Source: Callorhinchus milii (taxonomy: Eukaryota). Taken from it: a DNA stretch of 64,000 nucleotides. Below the pieces are notes generated by a model. The model saw only the letters and a list, made by a program, of their open reading frames with translations. It made no database searches and was not told the origin of the DNA. Location: the NCBI RefSeq assembly GCF_018977255.1, contig NW_024704742.1, forward strand, positions 20,028,001-20,092,000, in the 5' to 3' direction. A program made the translations under genes and the position numbers. This document shows positions 23,531 through 37,485 of the stretch, in pieces; the stretch's first letter is position 1; the number at the start of each line of letters is the position of its first letter.

Positions 23531-24332
23531 TGTTGTTAAGAAAAAAAACCTTTTCGAGTTCCAATCAAACACAGCCACTGATTGCAACCAGAGTGGTGTT
23601 TATTAAACTCCAGGATCCGTCCAAGTTCCCGATGGGGGTGGGCAAGTAAGCACAATCAATCAATTCACCAACAGAACAATACTACCGCGTAATCCCTCCT
23701 CGTGGTCGTCTACTTCTGACTTCTAGCTCTCAGTTTTCCATCCACGATAGGTACTGTCCTGGGTGCGCGCTGATCTTGGTCTGGCACGGTGTCTTAAGCT
23801 TGTGTCCATCCAATCATGGTGTGGACATTAGGTCGCCTGGCCAAAATAATGCTGGGTTCACGTGAACACCTCATGGGACGTAGGTGCCTCAGCACACATA
23901 CACATTGTCCTTAATTGTCTAAGATAGAGGATTGATCAGTTTAGGGCTGTATCTGGTGCTCATTATTTTGTGGTGCGGGATCATTAGTACATTCCTTTTA
24001 AGTGACTGGTTATTCCTTATCAGTATCCCGGGATGGTACCAAGGTCCTCTAGTTTAAGCAACTTGCTCATTAATTGCTATTCTTGAGGGTTGCCTTCTGT
24101 CAGTTGGCAGGCCCTGTCAGAATCTAGCGACTTATTGCTCAGTCGAGATCCTGTGTCGACTGGTACCTTGGACCGTTACCTCTGTGGGCTTGTTGTCATT
24201 TAGTGATAAGAGGTGACCCCTGCCCCTGTCCGTTATTCTTTCAAAAACAGAGAAAACCAGATGAGTCCTATCCCATGACTGTCAGTCCAGTTGCCCCCCA
24301 CACTTAACTCAAAAGTTAACCCGTTCGCAACA
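23531..24332 (-). mobile_element. candidate solo LTR (~800 bp)
   Basis: tgttg...caaca termini; minus-strand AATAAA ~70 nt from the 3' end (tttatt at ~23599); CpG-rich; no TSD found. Confidence 0.6.
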
Positions 24333-24357
24333 TCTATTATGATTCTAACATTATACA

Positions 24358-24583
24358 AAATAATAATAATAATAATAATAATCCTTGCATTTGATATAGC
24401 GCTTTTCACGTCAGGAGGACGTCCCAAAGCGCTTCACAGAACACACAGTAAAGTGAATTGACTGTATATTTGTGGGCGAACGCGGCAGCCAATTGCGCAC
24501 AGCAATGTCCCACAAACAGTCGTAGATTGAAAATGACCAATTTATTATTGTTTTTGGTTTTGGAGGGATTATTATTAGGCGTG
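24358..24583 (-). mobile_element. tRNA-Ala SINE, short subfamily, 5'-truncated
   Basis: Near-identical to the 3' part of the copies at 42950 and 52304. Confidence 0.9.
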
Positions 24584-26576
24584 CAAACAACCGTGTGGAT
24601 CGATTTGGGACAATATTTTAGTGAAGTGCAATTTTGCCTGAAACAAAAAAAAGTATGTTGGACTGGCTATCTGGCAATCCGACATTCATGTCTTTCATCC
24701 CTCTCCCATTCTTTGTAATGGAACAATAGTGGATAACAATTGAGGTAGGGACATTTTTCTTAACTACTCAAGGCACAAATAGAAGCTTGCCTTTTGTGTA
24801 ACCTTGTCTCCACTGCCTGTAAATATTGCTGTGCAAAGAAAAAAAAGTGTAAAATCTAACAGTGTGGTGGGGGGAAGAGGGTTGTCTGGATGATAACTCT
24901 TGTTCCAATTTGGGGAACAAGTTCCGGGTTAATTCAGGTATGATTCAGGTGTGAAAAGCATTCTGAGACACCATCTGGCGTGAAGGGCGCTATATAAATC
25001 CAAGTTGTTGTTGTTGATGTTGATTGTGGCCTAACTTTGCTCACCAAAAATATAAAATAAAAACAATATCAATGATTTTTTCAGTAGCTTAAAGTTCAGC
25101 AGACCATGTTGAATTCAGTTTCCCATTCCAACTCCCTACTTCTCCAGGATCTTGGAACTCTTGAAAGTCTCACCTCCCTTAGTCTCACCTTCCTCTGACA
25201 ATCTTCAGACTTTTTAAAACCCTAAACTGGAATCACTGAGCTACCTGCTGATTTATTGCATCTCCTCAGAACAGGAGGATTTGACTAGATTGGAGAGTTG
25301 GGCTAGATTAGAGAGTTGTCTGACAGGAGGCAAATGTAATTTGAAGTGAACAAATGCAGAGCAATGAGATTGAGGAAGAAGAATAAAGAGTGGGAATTTC
25401 ACAATAATAATAATTATAATAATTATTGCATTTGATATAGCGCCTTATCACATCTCAAAGTTTGTGAGGTGAGTCCTCTGCCCAACATGCAAAAGAACTT
25501 AAACTAAATAGTATCGCACAACATGGCAGAACCCAAACGGGAGAGGAGTTTGGATGAGCTGGGACACTAGTGGCTAGATTACTGCAACAGATATTGTGTA
25601 ATGGTTGTCAAGAAAGCAAGCAAGATGTTGTGGTATGCAGTCCGAGGCCAGAACAGACATCAGCAGATTGAGCTGTGAAGGGTCAGGGAGATCAGATGTA
25701 TGTACCACACTTGCCTTTCTGCCTCCTCCTCCGCCCACCTACAGGGAGAATGGCCACACACAAATGAGCAGATCAGCTGTGGAAGTGGATATACACAAGA
25801 AAACTGCTGAACTGACAGAGTGATTGGATAAACGCAGTTCCGAAATAATAAAAAAAATGCTGAAAATCATTGACCGTCACACTATAAAGTGAAGCACTGG
25901 TGGGACGTGTTAGCTGCAAACGTGGAGGCAGGCAGAGACTGAAAAACATAACACTGCATTCATTACACACTTACAGACAAAGAATTCAGAAAACCAGCAT
26001 TGTATATGTAGGGGGGAAGCTTTATTAGTGGGATAGTCCACCTGAATTTGGACTGGTTTAGATAAATGCAGAGATGACCCTGTTTAAATTGATTCAATTT
26101 TAATAATTCTGTCTGGTATTCATCCCTAATATTAAGATCAACGTTGTTAACACAAGAGGATTGGCAGTTTGTTCAGTGCATTGGAAGTATTTATTAACAG
26201 AGCCATCAGGGTTAAATGGCATCCAGCTGCACCAAATCCAGATATTTTAATAAATTATGCTTTTATTGCAGATAAACTGTGCCGGTAACAAGGCGGACAG
26301 ACGATGAATAAGTAAAACAGCACTAAATGCAGGACTAAGGATGGTTCAGAGACGATGTCTGAATAGAAAAGATAAGATTGATTAAGTAAATATCTTTAGA
26401 GATTCCCCAGGGAATGCAATGGAGAGGTGCACAGATTATCTAGGCAATCTTGTATTGAAGATGTTCAGGAAGATAGGAGTCACCTGGAATAGCAACCAGC
26501 AGATGGAAGAAAAGGCTGAAAACTGCAGTAGGTTCTATTTTATTATATCAGCTGTTAAACTGTAATTAACATGGAT

Positions 26577-26867
26577 ATAATAATAATCCTTGCATTTGAT
26601 ATAGCGCCTTATCATGTCTTCGAGAAGTCTCAAAGTGCTGCACAGAATATACTGTAAAGTGAATTGACTGTTTATTTTGTGGGTGAAAATCGGCAGCCAA
26701 TTGCGCACAGCAGTGTCCCACAAACAGCCATGGATTGAGTGACCAAATAATTTTTTTGTAAAATAATGTTTTGAAGGGATTATTCCCTCCCCCGGATCCG
26801 CCAATCGACTAACAACCAGGTTCCTACTTACTGCTAGGTAAACAGAGGCGTGTGGAGTAAGGAAACT
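26577..26867 (-). mobile_element. tRNA-Ala SINE, long subfamily, head missing
   Basis: CORE-like block, Deu-like block and tail. Confidence 0.88.
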
Positions 26868-26959
26868 GAGGAGATGTTCCCCTCTTACCCTTGTGAAGGA
26901 ACTCCAAACAGCATTAGACGTTGACTCTAAAAATCAAGGGTTAGGGATACTTTACAGAG

Positions 26960-27110
26960 TGATACAGCACAGAATCAGCTCCCACTCCCCCCATTACCCT
27001 CACCTCTACCCTCTATGCCCTTAGCCCTCATGTGGACTTTCTCTGAAATCCATTTTGCTTCAACCGCAGCTTCCTGCAGTGAGTTCCACATTTTCAGGGC
27101 AAGGAACCAT
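26960..27110 (-). mobile_element. CR1 3' fragment
   Basis: MWNSLQEAAVEAK motif, as in the copy at 14100. Confidence 0.7.
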
Positions 27111-27457
27111 AGGCCCACACACGCACGAAAACACAAGGGATCGAACCCGCCAGGCAAACACTTTATTAGAAACAAACTTTAATGAGGCCAACAAAGCACC
27201 TCAGAATTTCCAAATTGTCAATAAAATTTTCAAGACTGTTTTTTTCAGAAGAAATTTTGTTCACTCCCTCAACTTTTTGGCCAATTTCAGAGTTTGCTTT
27301 CATGGGAGTGTGGCTTGGAAGAGATAATGGTACAGTTTGCCATACTGCTGACATGTAAGTATGTGTATGTGAGCTGCCTTTAGCCTGGTCTCGGTCTCAG
27401 TAGTTATTTGGGGGTTATTTTGGACACATGTAAAAACCCATCACCATGCTTAAGACT

Positions 27458-27818
27458 ATAATAATAATAATAATAATCCTTACATTTGGTAAAGCACTTT
27501 TCACATTTTCTAGATGTCTCAAAGTGCTTCACAGAATATGCTGTAAAGTGAATTGACTGTATATTTTGTGGGCGAAACGTGGCAGCCAATTGCGCACAGC
27601 AGTGTCCCACAAGCAGTCGTGGATTGAGTGACCAAATTTTTTTTTAAAGGATTATTACCCCCAGAAAAGAGATCCGCCATTCGACTAACAACTGAGTTCC
27701 TACTTATTGCTAGAGGTGTGTGGAGTAAGGAAACTTGCCCAAAATTTCGCCCTGACGGGAATAGAACCCAGGTCTCTTGTTTGCAAGACGATTGCTTTAA
27801 CCACTGAGCTACAGGACT
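27458..27818 (-). mobile_element. tRNA-Ala SINE, long subfamily, nested in a family X copy (27405-27980)
   Basis: Full SINE; flanks rejoin as catgcttaagact|atccaaatcaaattgag, as in other family X copies. Confidence 0.9.
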
Positions 27819-28634
27819 ATCCAAATCAAATTGAGTGCCCAAACCACCTACACAGAATTTTTAGAATGGAATGCAGACTTTCTCCCCAGAGGGACCCATC
27901 CTGCTGAACTAATTCCAGAGAATATTAGGAGCAGGTTAGCAAGAGCCACCAAGGCTTCTGGACCCCAGAAGCTACTGCTTACTGCCTCTCAACAAGGATA
28001 GACACCAGTTGCTTAACAGGATTTTTAAGTGGTGAATGTGAAATTGGTGTGTGTGTGTGTGTGTTAAGTACACTTAAGGGAACTGCTTACAGATATGTGC
28101 ATGTGACTGGCCACCGCAGTGTATGAAAGTCCTTCCCAACCCCTGCACTCCTGAAATTACTGGAACATTGCGTGTTAATGGGCTGCCTGAATGATGGAAC
28201 GTGAAACATGCAAACAAACCTTGGTGATGAACTGCACTCAAAGAACTTCAATCAAGCCTCTCTAGGGTGGCAGTGAGAATTGTTTTTTCACCACTTAAAA
28301 CAAATGGCCCATCTAATTTATTGAGCACAGCCAGATATGTCAGATAACCTTTACTCCTTCAGTATTTTCTTGAGGTATAGCACAAGTGCAATGCTGTTTT
28401 CCTCACAATTTCAAAAGAGGACCCTTACTGTATCATCTTGGCAATTTTCATTTCCCAGACCAGCCATCCTTCAGTCCCTGTCTATAAGATTGTCAGTTTA
28501 ATACAAGCTTATGCTGAATCATGAACAGTTTTGTGCCATAAATTGAAACTTAGCAGAACATAGGTTGAGACTGGCTAAATATATTTTTCATAGTATTTTC
28601 CAGCCAATATAGAGTATGAAAGGTTTATTCTATC

Positions 28635-29130
28635 GGCCTGGCCAGCTCAATAGCCAACTTGCCTTTGGGTCAGAAGTTTATGGGTTCAAGCGCATATTGC
28701 GATTTGAGCTCACAGTTCAGGCACTCAGGTTCAGTACTGTACTAAGACTGAAATGCCGTATTGTTGGCGATTCTGTCTTTTGGATTAGACGTTAAACTGA
28801 GATCACAGCTGCCTTTTCAGATGGACTTCAAAGATTTTGTCATAACGTTTGAAAAGAGACATAATAATAAATAATAATCCTTGCATTTGATATAGCGCTT
28901 TTCACGTCGGGAGGACGTCCCAAAGCGCTTAAACATGGCATTATTTCAAAAGAGATTTTCTCCTGGTGCCAACAAGCCTCCAGGTCAATTGATCTTTGAC
29001 TCTATGATTGTTTGTAAACTTTTACTGGCACAAATGGCAGTAGCATTTGTGTGCAAGCACAGCCACTACAATTGCCAAGAATTATTTATGAGGCACTTTG
29101 AAATGTTTCAATGTGATAAAATGCTATAAA
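28635..29130 (+). mobile_element. DeuSINE with a nested SINE tail (28860-28930, minus strand)
   Basis: tRNA-like head, Deu motifs and tail. Confidence 0.75.
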
Positions 29131-29165
29131 AATTTTTTCAATCTGTTAATTGATCTGGATTTGAA

Positions 29166-29445
29166 TTTTTTTTTGGTCAGATGGGTGTCTGACACATACG
29201 GAAACCCATCACCAAGCTTAACAGTATCCAAATCAAGCTGAGATTTCTATACATCCCACCAACACATACAAGGAAATCCCAGAGATAGATTTTGGAATAG
29301 ATTACGTACTCTCTCCCTGGAGGGATGCATTCTGCTTACCTAATTCCAGAAAGTATTAGGCGCAAGTTGGCAAGAGCCAAGGCTTGGAGACCCCAGAGTG
29401 TGAGTTGGGGTAACTGCTAGTGTCTAACCAGCTAAATCTGCATAG
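29166..29445 (-). mobile_element. family X retroposon 3' fragment with poly(A)
   Basis: (T)n-ggtcagatgggtgtctgacac... collinear with 63270-63520. Confidence 0.75.
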
Positions 29446-29869
29446 ATTTGGTCCATTGATATTGCTGTCTGTCAAGCTTTCCTATGATTTGAACATAGTC
29501 CCTAACCATAAATACCACCCATCCAATCTTCTGGCTAGTTCATTGCAACAATCATTTTTATTGACTGAAATTAACTATTTTATTTAGAGGAAAGGAAACT
29601 GTGTCAGTAAATGCAAGAGAGAATTTAGTAGCTATAAGGCAACAAAATTGATTGACAAGTATGAGTGATGGAGCAGTGAAGGATTTTTTTTTACTTTGAT
29701 TGACCGGAAAGGTCTGCACCAGTTCTGTATTCTATGTACTGAGTTTCTCCTTTAGGGAATGTTCACTTGTTTCAATAGGAACATTGTTACATCGTAATTA
29801 TTCATATAATGAAAGGCACCAAAGCCCTGAAAGTACAGCAATATTGTTCAGTAGATAATTACAGTGTGT

Positions 29870-30300
29870 TGGCCTGGCTCAGTCGGTAGTACTTTCACCT
29901 CTGATTGATTGTGGGTTCAAGCTCAACGTTGTAACATTGAACTCATCTAGTCCAGCCTGACACCACAAGTGCTGTGCTTGGGAATGTTGCATTGCCGGAG
30001 ATGTCGCTGGATGAGACATTAAACCTAGGATTTGTTTGCCTGTTCAAATAGTGACAGAGGAAGGTGAAAAACCATTCCATGGCACTATTTGAAAAGGAAA
30101 TGGAGTTTCTTCCGGTATCCTGGCCAACAATCCCCCAGATACAGCTGCTCATTCACTTCATGCCTATTTGTTGGGACACTGCTTCCTGCAAATCGGCTGC
30201 TGCATTCGCCCACAAAATATACACTTTACAATAAAATCCTATGGACTGCTTTGAGAAGACCTCCCAAAGTGAAAGGTGCCATTTCAATAACAAGAAGAAC
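29870..30300 (+). mobile_element. DeuSINE (SacSINE1-like), near full length
   Basis: tggctcagtcggtagtact head, ggatgagacattaaacc, ccatggcactattt, tail. Confidence 0.8.
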
Positions 30301-30984
30301 TTGCTTTTATATAGCGCCCTTCACACAGAATAGTGTCTCGGAGTGCTTAATATCACACATCAAGAATAAAGATTTAGATTATTATTACATATCTACAAAC
30401 TCCCAACAGTTAATAATTCCCATTGTAACTTTAATTATATATCTGATTTCAATTTTTGCAGTCAAAGGCAAAACCAATTTATTCCTGAAATATTTTGCTA
30501 ACCTATCAGTATGGTCATGTTTACTGTACATTACCTTCAAATGCAGCTTTATTTATTCCAGCTGAATATTTCAATTGTATTGCTGTAAGTGCAATATCTA
30601 TTCTCATGTCTTTGGTGACAGTTGTGAACAATGTACGATTCAGGAATCATACATCACAACCCACTCCTGAGGTTTCCTTTACAACTCTTTAGTCAAATTA
30701 ATAATTTATTTCTGAAAAATGATTCCATCTCAAAAATCAATGTATCTCTAAAAACAACCACTATTTGCAGTTAGAATTAGAATATTTTATCTTTTGATTA
30801 CTATCCTTTTACACATATAAAATATTAATTGAGAGATAAGGCACACTGGCAATGTATGTCCCTGTAATTTAGTAAAAGCTACAACTACAAGCTAAATGTT
30901 TTAATAAACACAAATTATTTAAGTAGAATTTTTAAAGTAACCATGTTTTTATAAGTAACCTTGTTTTTCAGAAATGAAATGTAT

Positions 30985-31830
30985 TTCAGACAACATTTAT
31001 GAAGAACAGGAGGAAGTTTTTTCCAGTGTCCTAGCTATCATTCCGCTGAAATAAATTGGTCATTTACTTCCTGGCTGTTTGTGGAACATTGTGCAAATTG
31101 GATGCTGAGTTTGCCTACAAATATTCAATCACTATGTTTAACAGTAATTATTGCACAGTGTTTTAAGATGTATTGAATCAAATGCAAGCATGATTATTAT
31201 AGACTAAAAGAAAGTGGGTTTCCTATTGTGCGCAAATTTCTACTGTCTTAATAATAATCCTTATATTTAGTATAGTGCCTTATCACAGGATTTTACACTT
31301 TACAAGTATAGTGATTGTGTATCTTGTAGGCAAATGTGGCAGCCAATTTTCACATAGAATTATCCCACAAACTGCCATGGAGTGAGTGACTAATTTACCT
31401 GGGGTATTGTTGGCTAAGGGACTGGAAGAAACTCCCTTCACTTTTGAGTAGTGCAATGAGATCTTTAATGTCTACCTGAACAGGCAGACAGGATGTCAGA
31501 TTAACATTGCAGTACATACCCAGTACTGCATTGCAGTGACATTTGAATGCCTATAGTCCATGTGAGTTCACAGTCTCGACATGGGGCATGAACCCACAAC
31601 CTTGTAATTCAGTGGCAATAAATTGCTAATTTTCAATCCATGACTGTTTGTGGGACGCTGTGTGCGCAATTGGCTGCCGCGTTCGACCACAAATATACAG
31701 TCAATTCACTTTACAGTATATTCTGTGAAGCGCTTTGGGACGTCTAGAAGATGTGAAAAGCGCTATATCAAATGCAAGGTTTATTATTATTATTATTATA
31801 AGAGTATTACCAACTGAGGCAGGTTGACAC
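30985..31830. mobile_element. cluster: DeuSINE (+), DeuSINE (-) and nested young SINE 3' half (31625-31800, +)
   Basis: Deu motifs on both strands; the minus-strand head resumes at 31801 after the insert. Confidence 0.7.
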
Positions 31831-33635
31831 ACAATGTTATCCTTGTGCAGTCCTGATGGGAAATGATAACACCAATCTCAGATTTATCATAAAATAATCC
31901 TTACATTTGATATAGCACATTTCACGTTGGGAGGAAGCCACAAAGCGCTTCACATATTTACTATATGGCGTTGTGACCATACATTTTGTAGGTGAAACAT
32001 TAGTTTCAAATAGTCAACTTGCGCCCCAGAAAACTGGTTTGTGAGATTGACATGGCCAGTTTCCAGATCTCTCTAAAAATATGGGGGTCAAAATTATTTT
32101 AGGAACCCTATTATATACTGAAAAATACCCTCACCTTACTTAGGAAAATTGATAACAATCAAATGTAGCTTAAAGCATTTAATGCCACCATAATACTTTT
32201 TGAAACTAATGTGAATGGGTTTATAATTTATTATAATAATAATAATCTGTATGCTTTTCATGTTGGGAGGACACCTCAAAGCCCTTCACAGGATTTACTG
32301 TAAAGTGTAGTCATTCTAGAATTTTAGGTGACATCTAATTTCTGCTTGGAGGTAGTATACTCGTTACTTGTGATTTGTTTAAATATTACAGAGGCTAGAA
32401 TGGTACTGTTACACACATTTTCCCCTCTAACAGATGGGTACCTTTGGGGGTGAGAAGCAATAAATAAACTGAATGATTATCATATAAATAATCTTGGCAA
32501 GAAGCGGTCTTCAGTTCCATTAAGAAATAAAAAAAAGTGCCATTTCAGCAATGAGCTCACTTACATTTAATTAAGCATAGTCTTCAATTCATCAGAACAT
32601 ATCTTAAGTGATTGCACATTACATCAAAAAAATGTTTAAAGGCTGCACAAAATATGATACATTCTCCGCTGTTCCAGACAGACTATATGCAGCATGTTGA
32701 TGAATTGCTCTGACCATACTTGGTCAATACTTAGCGACGTATTAATATTTGATCTGTTTAGATAAAACTACAAATCATACTACTTCCTCAAGCTGGTGCC
32801 AGCAAGGATTCAAGTCAGTCCTGTGGGAAGGAACAATTTTAAGCAGCAAAACACTGTGAGCTGATCCTCTACATCTAATCAGAGAAAGCATAAAATGGGT
32901 TATAATGTAGTGAATTATGAAATGTTTACTCTTGGTGATCAACGATCCTATTGTACAAATAGGTAATTTTCTATATTACTGTAAATCTTATGCACCGGCA
33001 GATTTTCTTATTACCAAACAAGGGTAACCAGATGGGAGCAGGCACAGCCTGGGTTCTGCTATTAATTCTCACTTGTCTCTTAACACAGCTTCTTTCCACT
33101 CTGCTTGCTCTAACAATGAGGTAATTACAACCCAGCTCTTATCTGACTGCTTTGGAAACAGAATTTAATCAACATCTGGGAGGGAGTTAAATCCCAGCAC
33201 TACATGTAGCTGGAATCAGTAGCAGTGTCTTTTATTGATTAGGCTGTAATTTCTTGCTGTTCTGGTAAAAGAACCTTCCCTGTATTTGTCTTCCTATACC
33301 CAAGGAACCGTGTAGGGCACATTGTGTTCTACTCTCACTGAACAGCATCTGATCCACCTATACAAAAATGATTATTCACAAGCATTAATTAATGCGTTAC
33401 CAACATGATGAGAGAGTAATAAGAACAAATTGAACTATGAATAAACCATTAACAGGAGCTGATTACAAGAGCCAGTATTCTTCAGGCAAAATTGTAAACC
33501 TAGAGGCAATTTGTCATCTTGCACGTTCTTGCTGTGAATCATAGAGTTATACTCTACCATATGAGTAGACATTTACAATCGGACAGCAGCATAAGAACTT
33601 GGAAACTCTTTGTAGATGAGTTGAAAGGGTTGAAA

Positions 33636-36600
33636 CTGTCCTACAGCACCCACTCTGACTGTCCCTTCCCCCACTCTCGCCGCAAGGACCAGCGGCCCTC
33701 AACCATGGGAGCTATCCTTTCTTCCTTCACTCACATCCCCATCCAACCCATCTGCCCTCCCCCACATCTCCCCCACACTCCCACCACTAACTGTCCCCTC
33801 CGCATCGGTCTGCAGAACGTCCGCTCACTCACCAAGAAGTCCCTCACAATCCATGACCTCACCGTCAAGGAAAATATCTATATCATCGCCCTCACTGAAA
33901 CCTGGGTAACCTCCAGGTTACACCTTTCACCAAACCCCATGGCCTAATCGCCATGGCGGTGGTGTGGTTCTCATCTCCTGGTCCCCACTCGGCCTTTCCC
34001 CTTACTCCTCCGGAACCTTCCTCTCCTTTGAACACCTTACCCTCTACCCCCTCGCCAGGCTTTCCCTCAAAATCCTCCTTGTTTACCGTCCCCCCAAGCC
34101 TTCTCCCAGCTTCCTCTTGGACATCTCCACCCTCCTAGTTTCCCTCTCCCTCTGCTCTGAATGCCTTCCAATGTTAGGTGACTTTAACCTCCACTTCACC
34201 CCCTCCTGCTCTACCTCTGCCGACTTCTTCTCCCTCCTCTCTTCACTTAACCTCTCTCTCCTCATCCACTACCCCACCCATGACTGTGGCCATCCCCTTG
34301 AACTGGTGATCACCCGGGCCCTCACCGTGTCAGACATCACCATCATCGATAAATCCATCTCGGACCACCTCTTCATCTCCCTAAACACCTCCATTCCCCT
34401 TTCTTAACCCTCCACCATCACATACCGTACGTGGAAAAAAATTTCCTCCCTCTCCCTGGAGTCATCTGAACTCCTACACCTCTGGCCCTCACTGACCGAT
34501 CTCCCCTCCTCACTCTCTTTTCTACACAACTCCCTCTCCTCCATTCAGGACTCCCTTTCCCCCCTCACCTCCCGAACTGCCTCATACTCCCATAAATCCC
34601 CCTGGTACACCAGCCATCTCCGTTCCCTCAAGGCACAAGTGTGAGCTGCCGAACGCGCCTGGACCAAATCCAAACTAACGGTCCATCAGCAGATTTGGCT
34701 TCACAACACCAAGACCTACCGCTGCGCTCTTGCCTCCGTCAAATCCTCCTTCTACTCCAAGGTTATCTTAGGGGCAAAGGACAACCCCCAGCTTCTCTTT
34801 TCCACCACAAACCATCTCCTCTGTCCACCTTCCCATACCTCGCCCATCCTCTCCTCAAACTCCAACTGTGAGGAGATGCTGGACTTCCTTGAATCCAAAA
34901 TCGAGGGGATACGTTCAGTCACCTCAGCCCCATCCACAGTCACCCCCACATCACCTCTCTCTCATGACTCACCCCCCACCCATCCTCCCCTGCACTCCTT
35001 CAACCCTATCTCTCCCTCCTCCCTCACCGAGACTGTTTGCAAACTCAAACCCACCACCTGCTCCCTCGATCCCATGCCCACCTCTCTCCTCATTTCCCAG
35101 CTCCACCTTCTGGCCCCTTTCCTGTCCGACATCATCAACCTCTCCTTGTTCACCGGTTCAGTTCCCAACCCCCTAAAAACAGCCGTCATCATCCCCATCT
35201 TGAAAAAACCTTCCCTGGACTCATCCCTCCTCTCCAGCTACCACCCCATCTCTAACCTTCCATTCCTCTCCAAGGTCCCGGAACGAGTCGTCGCGTCCCA
35301 GCTCCGCTCCTTTCTTTCTCGCCATTCCCTCTTTGAACCCCTCCAATCCGGCTTCCATACTGCCCACAGCACGGAAACAGCCCTGGTCAAAGTCACTAAT
35401 GACATTCTGAACATCTGTGATCAAGGCTCCCTCTGCCTCCTTGTCCTCCTCAACCTCTCTGCCGCCTTCGACACTGTCGACCACTCCATCCTCATACTCT
35501 GCCTCTCCTCTTTACTTAATCTTCGTGGACCTGCCCTTGCCAGGTTTGATTCCTAGCTCTCTCACCGGCTCCACTTTGTTGCCTCTAACGGTCTCTCCTC
35601 CAGCCCCCGCACTGTTACGTCTGGCGTCCCCCAGGGCTTCTGTCCTTGGCCCTCTCCTCTTTAATATCTACATGCTCCCCCTTGGTGACATCATCCGCAG
35701 ATATGGGGTCAACTTCCACATGTATGTGGATGACACCCAACTCTATCTTTCTGCCTCCACCCTCAACTCCAGGACCACTGCTGTCCTGACAGACTGTCTG
35801 TCAGACATCAAGTCCTGGATGAGGGCAAATTCCCTACAGTTGAATGTGAACAAGACTGAGGCCCTCCTGATTCGCTCGCGCCAGCGCCTCAGCGCCTCAG
35901 ACTCTGGCAACATCAACCTCCATGGTTGCACACTACAACTCAAGAACCTAGGTGTCTTGTTCGACCATCAACTGACTTTTCTTCCCCACATCCAAGCCAT
36001 GACCCGCTTTGCCTTCCCTCACCTCCGTAACATCGCCCGACTCCGCTACTACCTCACCCCTCAGGCCACTGAAACTCTTGTTCATGTCTTCATCACCTCC
36101 AGGCTCGACTATGCAAATGTCCTGCTTGTCAGCCTTCCCAACTCCTCCCTCCACAGGCTGCAGATAATCCAGAATTCTGCAGCCCGTGTCCTCTCCAGCA
36201 CCAAACTCCGTGACCCCATCTCCCCCACTCTCGCCCGACTCCATTGGCTCCCTATCCTTCAGAGGATCCAGTTCAAGATCCTGGTACTCACATACAAAGC
36301 CCTCCATGGCCTCCCTTCACCCTACCTCTGCGACCTCCTAACACCCTACCAACCCGCCCGCTCCCTCCGCTCAGCCGGCTCTGGCCTACTCCATGTCTCC
36401 TGACTCACCTGCCATTAGCGGGAGAGCCTTCAGCTACTCTGCCCCCAACCTCTGGAATTCAATCCCCCAGTCACTCCGCCACGCCCCCTCCTTAGCCTCC
36501 TTCAAGTCCCACCTCTAGCCACCCCCTTCCCCTCCCTTCTCCCCCCCCGACCCCAGCTTGGGTCTGAAATACTGTACTCTGTCCAGGGCTTTGGGACGTC

Positions 36601-36651
36601 CTCCCGACGTGAAAGGTGCTACACAAATGAAATCTTGTTGTTGTTATTGTT
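33636..36651 (+). mobile_element. L2 LINE, near-complete ORF2 (APE endonuclease + reverse transcriptase), disrupted by stops and frameshifts
   Basis: [69 protein letters not shown]-terminal SRLDY.N and LHWLP; (TTG)n tail; gttgaaa on both flanks. Confidence 0.96.
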
Positions 36652-37485
36652 GTTGAAAAACCAAGACATGAGGAAAAATTGAGGACTGCTGGACCATCTA
36701 GGGGAAAGCAACACAGAGAAGCATCAAAGGGAAAGAACTCATGCTAAAAGTACAAGCCCACCCACGTGCAGGTCAGGACCTAACTAGCCCAAAGGCCTGT
36801 GCAACTGTACAGCACACATCAAAACTGAATCTTATTATTTTATACTTCACTATAACATAGATATTAATAGAACGACATTTTGTCTTTCAAGAAAAGCAAT
36901 ATGCTGCAAAAGAGTATCCATCAAAGAGGCATACATTCAAGTGAAGTGGACCGTAATAAGAACAGATTGTCATCTCCTATAGTTTACCAAAGGTTTGCTC
37001 CCATTTTAATTCAATTTTAAGGCAGCATGTTAGTACGACTGGCCACGCAGTAATGTATACAGAAGTGGAAACAGTAGTTCAGCTTCCCTTTTAAAAAGGA
37101 AGCCTCCTTATGAAATAATTAAATGACTGTACAATAAAACAGAAGATAAAAAATTAGATATTTCACAACAGATTTGATATTATCAAACTAGTTTATAATA
37201 TAATACTGATAACATACTATATATAATTATTAATAGTAACTTTAAAACCACAATAAAGTAATAGATATTTAATTGCTGGAATCCATCATCAGAAAAAGAA
37301 TAACTGAGCATTTGGAGTCGTTTCCACAATTCAGAGACAGTCAGCATGGGCTTGTGTCTCAAACCCAAGGGTTTTCACAGAATCACTAAGGTAATAGATG
37401 ATGAAGCTGTGACAGGCGGATAAAACCTGTCATCCTTTTTTACGGTTATTGGCGTTTTTTGTGTGGGACTCGGTAAAAGGGTGCC

